NCBI GenBank assembly: GCA_965197585.1
Contig: OZ240215.1
Location: forward strand, 2,496,001 to 2,560,000
Origin: Dehalococcoidia bacterium
Lineage (GTDB): Bacteria; Chloroflexota; Dehalococcoidia; Plut-88900
Reading direction: 5' to 3'
DNA length: 64,000 nt
Made by a program: the position numbers and the translations under genes. The notes under the pieces were generated by a model, which saw only the letters and a list, made by a program, of their open reading frames with translations, searched no databases and was not told where the DNA came from. Below are positions 10,948-20,149 of the stretch, piece after piece. Numbering within the stretch: position 1 is the first letter of the stretch; every line of letters starts with the position of its first letter.

Positions 10948-11679
10948 CTAATACACCATCTCCCCGCCGAGAAACGCCCTAGTCCTCGGGTCGCGCGCCT
11001 CGGAGAATAGCGACTCCGTGGGCCCCACCTCCACCACCTTCCCATCCAGCAGCAGCGCCGTCCTGTCCGCCAGCCGACGCGCCTGAAACACATTGTGCGT
11101 CACCAGCACAATCGTCGTTCCCATCTCCCTGCGAGCCTTCATCATCAAGTCCTCTACGAGTGCCACGTTATAGGGGTCCAGGTTCGCCGTCGGCTCGTCC
11201 AGCAGCAACACCTCCGGCTCGATTATCAGTGCCCGTGCCAGCGCCACCCTCTGCGTCTCCCCGAACGAGATTGTCGACGGGTGCTCCTTCGCCAACGCCC
11301 CCATGCCCAGCCGGTCCAGAAATTCCGCCGCCCGAGCCTTGGCATCCCGTACCCCCCGCAGCTTCAGCCCATACGCCACGTTCCCCAACACCGACGTGTT
11401 GAACAGCAGGGGACTCTGAAACACCAGCGTCATCCGTCTCCGCACCGATAGCGATACCTGCGTCCTCCCGTCATACGCTTCCCCCGAGAACCGAATCACA
11501 CCCGAGCTCTGCGGCTCCAGAAAGTTCAACATCCTTAAAAGCGTGCTTTTCCCAGACCCACTCGGCCCGATGAGACCCAACACCTCACCCCGTTCTATCT
11601 CCAGGTGATCTATATTGCACGCTTCCCGCTCCCCGTACCGTTTCACCAGCCCTTCCAGCTTGTAAATGCTCTCGCTCAT
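10948..11679 (-). CDS. tupC: Tungstate ABC transporter ATPase
   Basis: GPSGSGKS, LLLDEPT; in operon with tupA/tupB. Confidence 0.8.
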   Translation of the reverse strand: MSESIYKLEGLVKRYGEREACNIDHLEIERGEVLGLIGPSGSGKSTLLRMLNFLEPQSSGVIRFSGEAYDGRTQVSLSVRRRMTLVFQSPLLFNTSVLGNVAYGLKLRGVRDAKARAAEFLDRLGMGALAKEHPSTISFGETQRVALARALIIEPEVLLLDEPTANLDPYNVALVEDLMMKARREMGTTIVLVTHNVFQARRLADRTALLLDGKVVEVGPTESLFSEARDPRTRAFLGGEMVY

Positions 11680-12374
11680 CGGGCCAACGCCCTTCCCTGC
11701 AACCGAGTCGCGACCAAATTGATCGTGAACGATATCAAGAGCAGTATGATCCCCAGCGCTATCGCCGCGGCGAACTCCCCCTTCCTCGTCTCCAGCACTA
11801 TGGCCGTCGTCAACACCCTAGTGTTTCCGGCAATGTTCCCACCCACAATGATCACCGCCCCGACCTCCGTCACCACCCGCCCAAACGCCGCCGCCAACGC
11901 TATTACCATCGAGACCCGCGCCTCACCCAGCAGTGCCAGTGTCGCCTGTGCACGAGTTGCCCCCAGGCTCCTGAGCTGCAGCCACATCCCGGGGTTGATC
12001 GACAGTATCGCCGACATGGTCAGGCTCGCGATCACCGGGAAGGCGATGATGAACTGGGCTACCACTATGGCCCAGGGAGTGAAGAGCCAACCTAGCAGCC
12101 CGAATGGCCCCTGCTGCGACAACATCAGGAACACTATCAGCCCTACGACAACCGTGGGAAAGGCCATCCCCGAATAGGTCAGACCTATAAGGACCCGACG
12201 CCCCGGGAACCGGCTGAACGCCAGCCATATGCCGTACGGGACTGCCGCCGTCGCCGCCGCCAGCAGCGCCAGCCCCGAGACCTGGAGAGAGAACAGCGCT
12301 ATCTGGCGGACCTCCGGGTCCAGGCTCCCGATGAGCTTTATAGCCTGCCAGATCCCCCTTGCTATCTCATCCAT
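11676..12374 (-). CDS. tupB: Tungstate ABC transporter permease
   Basis: PTVVVGL, GPFG..GWLFTP, FGRVVTEVGA...GGNI...TRVLTTAI. Confidence 0.85.
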   Translation of the reverse strand: MDEIARGIWQAIKLIGSLDPEVRQIALFSLQVSGLALLAAATAAVPYGIWLAFSRFPGRRVLIGLTYSGMAFPTVVVGLIVFLMLSQQGPFGLLGWLFTPWAIVVAQFIIAFPVIASLTMSAILSINPGMWLQLRSLGATRAQATLALLGEARVSMVIALAAAFGRVVTEVGAVIIVGGNIAGNTRVLTTAIVLETRKGEFAAAIALGIILLLISFTINLVATRLQGRALAR

Positions 12375-12483
12375 CAGCCTACACCATCCACGCAGAATGA
12401 ACGAAGGCGTGACCCCCGCTCCCTCTCCCTCGATGACGCCGCCTCTGCACAACCGCCATTCCCGGCGGCTGGGGGGAGGTCCA

Positions 12484-12524
12484 GTCCCCTCTCCCTTGAT
12501 GGGAGAGGGCTAGGGTGAGGGTGA
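12484..12524. repeat. Palindromic REP-like repeat family A (CCCCTCTCCC-n-GGGAGAGGGCTAGGGTGAGGGTGA)
   Basis: Related copies near 13461, 27520, 29258, 37582, 42519 and 50198. Confidence 0.8.
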
Positions 12525-12569
12525 GAATGGTCCGAGTCCCCCCACGCATCCCGTTTCCACTCGGCGCTC

Positions 12570-13445
12570 CTATGGCCCAACCCCTTCCAGATGCACCGGG
12601 TTGAACAGAGAAAGCCCGTACTCCTCCCGCCTGAACTCCCTGATCCGCTCCTGTGTCTCCCTGGAAATCAGGAAATCGACAAACGCCTCGGCCAACTGCT
12701 TCTGCACCTGTATGTACTTCTCGGGATTCACAATGATGATGTGATAGGGGTTGAACAGCGTTTCATCGCCCTCCGCCAGGATATCCAGATTCAGGTTCTT
12801 CCTCGAAAGGAACGTGCCCCTGTCGGTCAGCGTGTATGCCCCCAGCTCGTCGGCGGTGGTAAGTGTGCCCCCCATCCCCTGCCCCAGCGACAGATACCAG
12901 TCCTCCGACTCCGGCGTCCCCACCCCCGACTCCACCCAAAGCTCCTTCTCCTTTACGTGCGTCCCCGACTCGTCCCCCCGAGACGCGAATATTGACTCAG
13001 TAGCTGCTATTCTCCTGAAGGCTTCCAGCCCATCCTTCAGCCCCGATATACCTGCCGGGTCTTCCTGCGGCCCCAGTATCACGAAGTCGTTGTACATCAC
13101 GTAGGTCCGATTCACTCCGTTCCCATCCGCCACGAACTTCTCTTCCAGGGTTGGCGCATGCACCAGCACCACGTCGGCGTCCCCCCGTGCCCCGATGGCC
13201 AACGCCTGCCCCGTTCCCACCGATATCACCCGCACGTTTGCGTTGTACTCCTCCTCGAACGGCGGGATGATGTAGTCAAGCAATCCCGAGTCGTATGTGC
13301 TCGTGGTTGTAGTCAGCACCAGCGACCGGCTCGTGTCCTGGAAGCACGCCATGCTTGCCAATAGAGCCACAAGGACCGCCACAAACGTGCCGAAGACTGC
13401 CACCCGCCCCCGTCCCCCAAATTTGTCCGACTTCATCCCTGTCAT
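12570..13445 (-). CDS. tupA: Tungstate-binding lipoprotein
   Basis: TTTS motif (TTTTSTYDSGLLD), GTGQAL, SRGDESGTH, GQGMG; lipobox SMAC; start 13445 or 13436. Confidence 0.9.
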   Translation of the reverse strand: MTGMKSDKFGGRGRVAVFGTFVAVLVALLASMACFQDTSRSLVLTTTTSTYDSGLLDYIIPPFEEEYNANVRVISVGTGQALAIGARGDADVVLVHAPTLEEKFVADGNGVNRTYVMYNDFVILGPQEDPAGISGLKDGLEAFRRIAATESIFASRGDESGTHVKEKELWVESGVGTPESEDWYLSLGQGMGGTLTTADELGAYTLTDRGTFLSRKNLNLDILAEGDETLFNPYHIIIVNPEKYIQVQKQLAEAFVDFLISRETQERIREFRREEYGLSLFNPVHLEGVGP

Positions 13446-13545
13446 TTCAAAGGCGATCTTATCCCCTCTCCCTCGATGGGAGAGGGCTAGGGCCGTAGGC
13501 TCGCTGAGGAGAGTGAGGGTGATCCTCCTCCCCCAAAGCCACCGC

Positions 13546-13596
13546 ATTCTAAGTACGTCAAGAACACTTGTCAATCTATCAATCAAACAATACAAT
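13546..13596. promoter_or_regulatory. Overlapping divergent sigma70 promoters (tupABC / regulator)
   Basis: Minus strand TTGACA-17-TAGAAT; plus strand TTGTCA-17-TACAAT; the two -35 boxes overlap. Confidence 0.75.
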
Positions 13597-13606
13597 CCTT
13601 AGTGAC

Positions 13607-14719
13607 ATGCCGACCCTTAAAACCAACCTCAAGTCCACCCGACTCGCCGCCGGCCTCTCTCAAACCGCCCTCGCCCGACAGGCCGCCATCTCCCGGCAGG
13701 CCTACGTCTCGATAGAAACCGGCAGGTCCGTCCCCTCCACCGAGGTCTCCCTCCGACTCGCCCGCTCCCTCGGATGCACCGTCGAGTCCCTATTCTCCCT
13801 ACCCTTCGAAGAGGGCAGCACCGTCAGGGCCGAGCTGGTCCCCACCCCACACCCCTCCCCCATACCATCCCGAGTCCAGCTCTTCTCTGTAGGCGGCAGG
13901 CTTCTCGCCCGTCCTCTCTCCGGTCGTAGCTCCACCAGCTACACCATGACCCCCGCCGACGGCATTGCTATGACTTCCGATTCCCCCGAAGATGTATCGG
14001 TCCGGCTGCTGGCCCCCTTGGACCAGGCCAATACGCTGGTACTGGCCGGCGGAGACCCCGCCATCCCCTTCCTCTCCCGAGACCTGGCCCTCCGTAACTT
14101 CCGCATGGTTCGACTCGGAGAGGACAGCGAGACTGCCCTTGCCTACTTGGCGGCGGGGACGGCCCACGTCGCCGGTTGCCACCTGTTTGACGAGACTACC
14201 GGACAGTACAACGTGTCCTGGGTCCGGCGCCTCGCTCCCTTCCCATGCTCCGTTATCACCTTCGCCATTCGGGAGCAGGGCCTTATCGTAACTGCGGGCA
14301 ACCCAAAGAACGTAGCCTCCATCGACGATCTCTCCCGTTCAGACCTCTCTTTCATCAACCGTGAAGAGGGTTCCGGCAGTCGAGCCCTCATGGACCGGCT
14401 CGTATCCCAGGCCGGCCTCACCCCCAACTCCATATACGGCTACCAACGCACCGCCGAGGGACACTTGGCCGTCGCCGACACCGTCGCCCTCGGTCTCGCT
14501 GACGCGGGTATCGGCGTCCGCTCCGCCGCTGAAGCCCGGGGCCTCGATTTCGTATCCCTCGGCCAAGAGCGATACGACTTCGTCATCCCCAACCACTTCC
14601 TCGACCTCCCCATGCTCCAAGCCTTCATCGATACCCTCAAGCAACCCTACTCCCGACGCCAGGTCGAAGCTCTCGGCGGCTACGACATTTCCTCCATGGG
14701 AGACCCTGTCACCGTCTGA
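13607..14719 (+). CDS. XRE HTH plus periplasmic-binding-like (molybdate/tungstate-sensing) transcriptional regulator
   Basis: N-terminal HTH_3 (LSQTALA..ISRQAYVSIETG); C-terminal PBP domain (GNPKN, INREEGSGSR, ADAGIG, ERYD). Confidence 0.85.
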   Translation: MPTLKTNLKSTRLAAGLSQTALARQAAISRQAYVSIETGRSVPSTEVSLRLARSLGCTVESLFSLPFEEGSTVRAELVPTPHPSPIPSRVQLFSVGGRLLARPLSGRSSTSYTMTPADGIAMTSDSPEDVSVRLLAPLDQANTLVLAGGDPAIPFLSRDLALRNFRMVRLGEDSETALAYLAAGTAHVAGCHLFDETTGQYNVSWVRRLAPFPCSVITFAIREQGLIVTAGNPKNVASIDDLSRSDLSFINREEGSGSRALMDRLVSQAGLTPNSIYGYQRTAEGHLAVADTVALGLADAGIGVRSAAEARGLDFVSLGQERYDFVIPNHFLDLPMLQAFIDTLKQPYSRRQVEALGGYDISSMGDPVTV

Positions 14720-14811
14720 TCGGCTCTCCTTCGAAGTTCATATCGGTTCGGAGCCTTGGATCGGCAATCGATGGTATAGTCGGTATAGTCCCCTCGAAAG
14801 GAGCGTTGCGG

Positions 14812-15129
14812 ATGTCGGAAGCAAAGCAAGTTTGGTGGTTCACCGTGGATATCGTAGCTACGGGACAAAGCGCCATTGGGATAGTCGCGGCAGGTTTCTG
14901 GAACTCGATTGGCCTGGTAGCAATAAGCGTCCTGAATTCGATGGGGCTGGTCGCAATCGGCCCCATTAACTGTATGGGTTTCGTTGCCATCGGCGGCGTT
15001 AACGCTCTGGGAGTAGTTGCTATCGGCGGCGTCAACAGTGTCGGGGTGGTCGCCATTGGCGGCTACAACGCTACGGGTATCATTGCTATCGGTGGCGTAC
15101 ACAGCAAGACTGCTTTTCCCCTGATGTAA
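14812..15129 (+). CDS. Small Gly-rich protein with seven tandem 11-aa repeats
   Basis: GxVAIGGxNxx repeats; SD AAGGAG upstream. Confidence 0.7.
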   Translation: MSEAKQVWWFTVDIVATGQSAIGIVAAGFWNSIGLVAISVLNSMGLVAIGPINCMGFVAIGGVNALGVVAIGGVNSVGVVAIGGYNATGIIAIGGVHSKTAFPLM

Positions 15130-15227
15130 TGGACTATAGGCGCCGGGGCAAAGACTTGTTTGAGACCCCGGCATGGACAAGCCGATAATCCTGGAACTAC
15201 AACCCCCCAGCGCGTCGACTTGAACCC

Positions 15228-16739
15228 ATGACGCCTCCAGAGCTCCCCCGCCACTCGGACACTGTAGTCATCGGTGGCGGCACTGCCGGTGCAGCAGTAG
15301 CGGGCCTCCTGGCTGAGCGCGGCAACCAGTCGGTTTTGCTCCTGGAAGCCGGCCCCGACTACGGCCCCTTTGCAGGACAACGCTGGCCGACTGAGCTCCT
15401 TGATGGCCGCATCGTAGCCAACACCCACGACTGGTCGTACACCAGCGCCGCTGCTGCCGGGCAGCCCGGCCACTCACTCCAACGCGCCAGGGTGATAGGC
15501 GGTTGCTCGGCTCACAACGGCTGCATCGCTCTTTGGGGCAGCCGCGCCGACTACGATGCCTGGGCATCTGCAGGCAACGACGGCTGGTCGACGGAAGAGT
15601 TGCTTCCCTATTTCCGAAAGGCTTCCACAAGGCTGCGAGTTCGGAAATTCGCGCCGGAGGAGATAACACCGTTCCACGGAGCCTGTCTCGACGCGATTGT
15701 CGACAGTCATATCCCCCATACCACCGACCTGAACGACATGGACGAAAACGTCGGCGCTGCTATGGCCCCAGTCAACATCTGGAACGGGATACGTTGGAAC
15801 GCCTCCTTCGCATATCTCGATCCCGTCCGGGACAAAAAAGGGCTCACGATTGCGGGTGATGTCCTGGTGGACAAGATCAACGTGGCTCACTCAAGAGCAG
15901 CTTCAGTCGATGTAGTCCATGCGGGAAAGAAAATAACAGTAGAGGCCGGACGGTTAGTCCTGTGCGCCGGAGCCTACGGCTCTCCCGCAGTTCTGTTGCG
16001 CTCAGGCATCGGCCCATCCGATGACCTAGCGGGGTTGGGTATCTCCAACCAGATCGATCTACCGGGCGTCGGGGCAAACCTCCACGACCATCCCGGCTTC
16101 AACATGAGCTACTGCGGCACCCCGTTCTTCGACTCCCTCATGGAGGAATTCATCGCCGACGGCAGGACCGTCTTTGCTGAGCAGAGCCTGGCCAAGGCCC
16201 GTAGCAGCCGCTGCAGTCAGGCCTTCGACCTGCACATTGCACCAGTCGCATCCCCGAGCCCCGACTCATCAGGACGCTGGCAGTGCAAGATCCTCGTCGC
16301 AAACATGGCCCCGAAGTCCCGAGGCCGTCTGACTCTTCCTGACGCCGACCCCCAAAGCAGTCCGGTTATCGACACCGGCTATCTTACAGACCCCGACGAC
16401 AACGACATCGCAGTGCTCATGGACGGGGTGACCATCAGCAGGGATATCGCTGTCCGACCATCGCTTGCCAAGCTGATAGGTAAAGAGCTTGACGATACGG
16501 CCAATGTGGTTTCAATCGAGGCAGTGCGGCGCAACAGCCTCCATTACTACCATCCAGTGGGCGCCTGCAAAATGGGCCCCGATACCGACCCTGCCGCAGT
16601 CGTCGACCCGACGGGCAAGGTCCACGGCCTGGATAACCTCTACGTCGCCGACGCCTCAATCATGCCCGTCGTGCCAAGGGCCAACACCAACCTCCCAACT
16701 CTCATGCTCGCCGAGCGCATCGCCGCCTCCCTCGACTAG
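15228..16739 (+). CDS. GMC family oxidoreductase (choline dehydrogenase-like)
   Basis: GGGTAG, LLLEAG, GGCSAHNG, GANLHDHP, HPVGACKMG, VADASIMP...ANTN. Confidence 0.92.
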   Translation: MTPPELPRHSDTVVIGGGTAGAAVAGLLAERGNQSVLLLEAGPDYGPFAGQRWPTELLDGRIVANTHDWSYTSAAAAGQPGHSLQRARVIGGCSAHNGCIALWGSRADYDAWASAGNDGWSTEELLPYFRKASTRLRVRKFAPEEITPFHGACLDAIVDSHIPHTTDLNDMDENVGAAMAPVNIWNGIRWNASFAYLDPVRDKKGLTIAGDVLVDKINVAHSRAASVDVVHAGKKITVEAGRLVLCAGAYGSPAVLLRSGIGPSDDLAGLGISNQIDLPGVGANLHDHPGFNMSYCGTPFFDSLMEEFIADGRTVFAEQSLAKARSSRCSQAFDLHIAPVASPSPDSSGRWQCKILVANMAPKSRGRLTLPDADPQSSPVIDTGYLTDPDDNDIAVLMDGVTISRDIAVRPSLAKLIGKELDDTANVVSIEAVRRNSLHYYHPVGACKMGPDTDPAAVVDPTGKVHGLDNLYVADASIMPVVPRANTNLPTLMLAERIAASLD

Positions 16740-16788
16740 CTAGATTTTCGCCCAGCGGAGAGTTGCACTCCTACGTTTTCAGTTATAT

Positions 16789-17337
16789 CTAAGCCATCTC
16801 TCCGTCGATGCCCGCTACTCCCCCGATTATCACCAACACGACTACGTTCACGATGACAACAGGAATCGCAGCAATCAGGATTACGAAGAACGCCCGCCAG
16901 GTGGACGTGTAGTCCAGAGCTTGTCGTACGGCAATCAACATAGCCACGAAACTCCAGATAAATACGACCAGCAGAATCAGGCCTCCGACGACAGGTATGA
17001 ATGAAAGCACGTTCAGAAGCCGCGGCGTCTGGGCGAATCCCGTACACCGGGCCAGTTGTCCCCAGTTGGCTTCAGTATGTTCCGTCTTCAATATAGTGGC
17101 CCCGACAATCCAGGTGCCCAGCGCCCAAAGGGCCCAGCTGACGATTCCTCCGACTATCCCAAAGATCACGGCCTCGACAATCTTTATTTCGTCGCCGCCC
17201 AACAGCGTGCCAACCAGGCCAGCGATAGAAACCAGAATGACTATGGCCAGAGCTTGTAGAGTGGCTCCGCGGTCCCTTTCCACCTCCTCATAGGTGTCTG
17301 AACTCAATCGGGCAGCGCCCAACATTCTGCCTATCAT
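16789..17337 (-). CDS. Yip1-domain membrane protein
   Basis: Multiple TM helices, YEEVERD, GFAQTP, AVRQALD. Confidence 0.75.
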   Translation of the reverse strand: MIGRMLGAARLSSDTYEEVERDRGATLQALAIVILVSIAGLVGTLLGGDEIKIVEAVIFGIVGGIVSWALWALGTWIVGATILKTEHTEANWGQLARCTGFAQTPRLLNVLSFIPVVGGLILLVVFIWSFVAMLIAVRQALDYTSTWRAFFVILIAAIPVVIVNVVVLVIIGGVAGIDGEMA

Positions 17338-17519
17338 AGGATCACCTCGTTCCAGGGAAATTTGTGGATCTGGGATCTCTGCAGGGCTATGCCATCAGCC
17401 CCTCGATACGCTAGTGGATTGAGGGATAAAGGGGGAATCAGGTTAAGCATATGAATCATTGCTTTGATTGGGGAATGATAGCCGACTTTAGTCCCCGTAG
17501 GAAGTGACCATACTTTTGA

Positions 17520-18203
17520 TCACTTCCTCCTCCCATAATCGCATACCTGCTTCAAGGCACACCCGAGGCACAGCGGGTTCTTCCGACAAACGTCCTTCCC
17601 GAGCGCCACCAGCAAAGCGTGATACTCCCCAAACACCCTCACATCCGAGGGCAGAGCCTCCTCGAATAACCGCTGGTAATCAGCATATGCCCCCGGCCCC
17701 ATTGGCCCCACCCCCAGCCGCCCCACTATCCGCCTCGTGTACTCATCTATGACAAATGTCGGCTTCCCCGCCGCGTACAGCACTATGCAGTCCGCCGTTT
17801 CTTCTCCAATACCGTGAATCCCTAGCAGCTCTTTCCTCAACTCCGCCGCACCCTGCTCCAGCATCGAATCCAGGGCGCCCCCGTACCGCTCCATGACATA
17901 CTCCACGAACGCCTTCACCCGACGCCCCTTCACCGTATAGAATCCCGACGACCTTACCAACTCCGCAATCTCCCCCTCCGACAACCGAGCCAGGGCCGCG
18001 ACGTCAAGGGCCCCGGCCTCTCTTATCGCATCCAGGGCTTTCGCCGCATTACCCCAGGCCGTGGATTGCACCAGAATCGCTCCTAACACGACCTCAAGCT
18101 TTGTCTTGGCTGGCCACCAACCCTGTGGCCCATACCTTTCATACAGCAGGTCGTATACTCGTCTCACAATACTACCCGCATAGCTAGTATCCACCCTGCT
18201 CAT
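17520..18203 (-). CDS. Endonuclease III-related HhH-GPD DNA glycosylase with 4Fe-4S motif
   Basis: YGPQGWWP, GAILVQSTAW, GIGEETAD, C-terminal C-x5-C-x2-C-x5-C; ATGA overlap with sfsA. Confidence 0.88.
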   Translation of the reverse strand: MSRVDTSYAGSIVRRVYDLLYERYGPQGWWPAKTKLEVVLGAILVQSTAWGNAAKALDAIREAGALDVAALARLSEGEIAELVRSSGFYTVKGRRVKAFVEYVMERYGGALDSMLEQGAAELRKELLGIHGIGEETADCIVLYAAGKPTFVIDEYTRRIVGRLGVGPMGPGAYADYQRLFEEALPSDVRVFGEYHALLVALGKDVCRKNPLCLGCALKQVCDYGRRK

Positions 18204-18892
18204 CGAAACTCCACTGGCACCCTTGCCCCGAGGCTTATCTCTTCCAACGTCACCCGACACACATACGCGTACACCCCGACTCCCTTCCGCTGAGCCTCCC
18301 CCAGCGCCGAGGTAAACTCCGGGTCCGCATCCCTGTTCGGCGAAAGGCAGGTCGCATCGTCCCTCTGCACCACGAATACCACAGCCGCCCCGTGTCCTTC
18401 GTCCACCGCCTTCATCAGCGTCCGAACGTGCTTCGTCCCTCGCGTAGTCGGAGCGTCCGGGAAAAGCGCTCTCCCGCCACTGACCAGCGTCGCCGACTTC
18501 GTTTCCACGTACACCCGGCCCCTCGGCCCCGAGAAACAAAGGTCGAGCCGGCTGTCCCCAAAGGTCCTCTCCCTCTCGATCACAGGATACCCGTCGAACT
18601 CCTCAATCCTTCCCAATCTCTGCGCTTCAGCCACTACCGCTGGCGGCAGCCGCGAGTCGCACGACACCAGAACACCGTCTATCGAGACCAGGCACAGATC
18701 GAAGGCCGTCTTACGCCCGGGCGTAACGCCGGGAGACACGTACACCGTCGCACCCGGCACGAACAGCTCCCTCATCCGCCCCGAGTTCGGCACGTGCACC
18801 ATCGTCTCCTTCCCATCCACCTCCACCCGAGCCAAAAACCTGTTCAACCTCTCCCCAAACCGCCCCTCCCTTAGCCCTGATGCCATCCTCAT
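18200..18892 (-). CDS. sfsA: DNA/RNA nuclease SfsA
   Basis: RLNRF, HVPNSGRM, SRLD, VETKS, FPDAPTTRGTKH. Confidence 0.93.
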   Translation of the reverse strand: MRMASGLREGRFGERLNRFLARVEVDGKETMVHVPNSGRMRELFVPGATVYVSPGVTPGRKTAFDLCLVSIDGVLVSCDSRLPPAVVAEAQRLGRIEEFDGYPVIERERTFGDSRLDLCFSGPRGRVYVETKSATLVSGGRALFPDAPTTRGTKHVRTLMKAVDEGHGAAVVFVVQRDDATCLSPNRDADPEFTSALGEAQRKGVGVYAYVCRVTLEEISLGARVPVEFR

Positions 18893-19023
18893 ATCTGCAA
18901 AATGCTCGCTCTTTCAGAAAAGGCTCTTCTATAAGCAGGTAGGAATCCGCTCGCCCTACCCCCATAAGGTCGACTCTCGTGATCCCCCTCCCCCCACCCT
19001 CGCATAGATGATACGATTATCCC

Positions 19024-19857
19024 ATGAGCACCAACAATTTCGTCGACAAGCTCCGCCGCACCTCCGAGGCCAACCAGAGCCTCCTATGCGTAGGCTTGGA
19101 CCCCGACCTCCGCCTCATGCCCATTGACGATATTTTTGAGTTCAACCGCTCCATTATCGACGCCACCCACGACCTGGTCTGCTGCTACAAGCCGAACATG
19201 GCCTTCTACGAAGCCTTCGGACCCCCCGGCCTCGAGGTTCTGCGCCGCACCCTCGAACACATCCCCGATGACATCCCCGTCATCGGAGACGCCAAACGTG
19301 GAGATATCGGCAACACAGCAAAGGCATACGCAGCATCCCTATTCGAATACTATGGCTTCGACGCGGTCACGGCCAACCCCTACCTCGGCGGCGACTCCCT
19401 CGCCCCCTTCTTAGCCTACGCCGATAAAGGAGTCTTCGTCCTCTGCCGCAACTCCAACCCGGGCGCTGCCGATTTCCAGTTATTGTCCGTCTCCCGAGAC
19501 AATGGTGAGCAGCGGCCTCTCTACATGGAAGTCGCCGCACGGTGCAATGACTGGAATGTCTTTGGCAACGTTGGACTGGTCGTCGGTGCCACCTACCCCG
19601 AGGAGCTTCGGCAGGTCCGCCAGCAGTGCCCCGACCTTCCTATCCTTCTCCCGGGCATAGGGGCCCAGGGCGGCGACTTGCGTGCCTCCGTAACCAACGG
19701 TCTCGACTCAAACGGCGCCGGCCTCATCATCGCCTCCTCCCGACAGGTCCTCTACGCTTCCAAAGGCGCCGACTTCGCCCAACGCGCCCGGGACGCCGCC
19801 CTGGACCTCCGAGACCGCATCAACGAATGCCGAGTTGAGGCTACCGCAAAGGCCTAA
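19024..19857 (+). CDS. pyrF: Orotidine-5'-phosphate decarboxylase
   Basis: [38 protein letters not shown]. Confidence 0.95.
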   Translation: MSTNNFVDKLRRTSEANQSLLCVGLDPDLRLMPIDDIFEFNRSIIDATHDLVCCYKPNMAFYEAFGPPGLEVLRRTLEHIPDDIPVIGDAKRGDIGNTAKAYAASLFEYYGFDAVTANPYLGGDSLAPFLAYADKGVFVLCRNSNPGAADFQLLSVSRDNGEQRPLYMEVAARCNDWNVFGNVGLVVGATYPEELRQVRQQCPDLPILLPGIGAQGGDLRASVTNGLDSNGAGLIIASSRQVLYASKGADFAQRARDAALDLRDRINECRVEATAKA

Positions 19858-19861
19858 CGCA

Positions 19862-20083
19862 ATGCCTCAAGAGTTCTCCCTCGGAGACGTAGTTCGGATG
19901 CGCAAGCCTCACCCCTGCGGAGGCAGCGTTTGGGAAGTCTACCGCCTCGGCGCCGACATCGGAGTCCGTTGCCTAACCTGTCAACACCGCATCCTCCTTC
20001 CCCGTTCAGCCTTCGAAAAACGGGTCAAGACCATAATCTCCAGTACCCGTACCTCCAACCCCCCCTCCCCCAACCCCGATTAA
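19862..20083 (+). CDS. DUF951 family protein
   Basis: [13 protein letters not shown]...RLGADI...C..C.H. Confidence 0.88.
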   Translation: MPQEFSLGDVVRMRKPHPCGGSVWEVYRLGADIGVRCLTCQHRILLPRSAFEKRVKTIISSTRTSNPPSPNPD

Positions 20084-20089
20084 AAGCTT

Positions 20090-20124
20090 GAGGCCGGTCC
20101 GCCAATGGCGGACCGGCCTCTTTC
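20090..20124. terminator. Intrinsic (probably bidirectional) terminator
   Basis: 14-bp perfect stem GAGGCCGGTCCGCC/GGCGGACCGGCCTC between convergent genes. Confidence 0.8.
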
Positions 20125-20149
20125 TAAGTCTAGGTTTTCTTGTACCGGA

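Noticed and set aside
17340-17500. Riboswitch or tRNA upstream of the Yip1 gene
   Set aside because: Two small hairpins only; no consensus I can match
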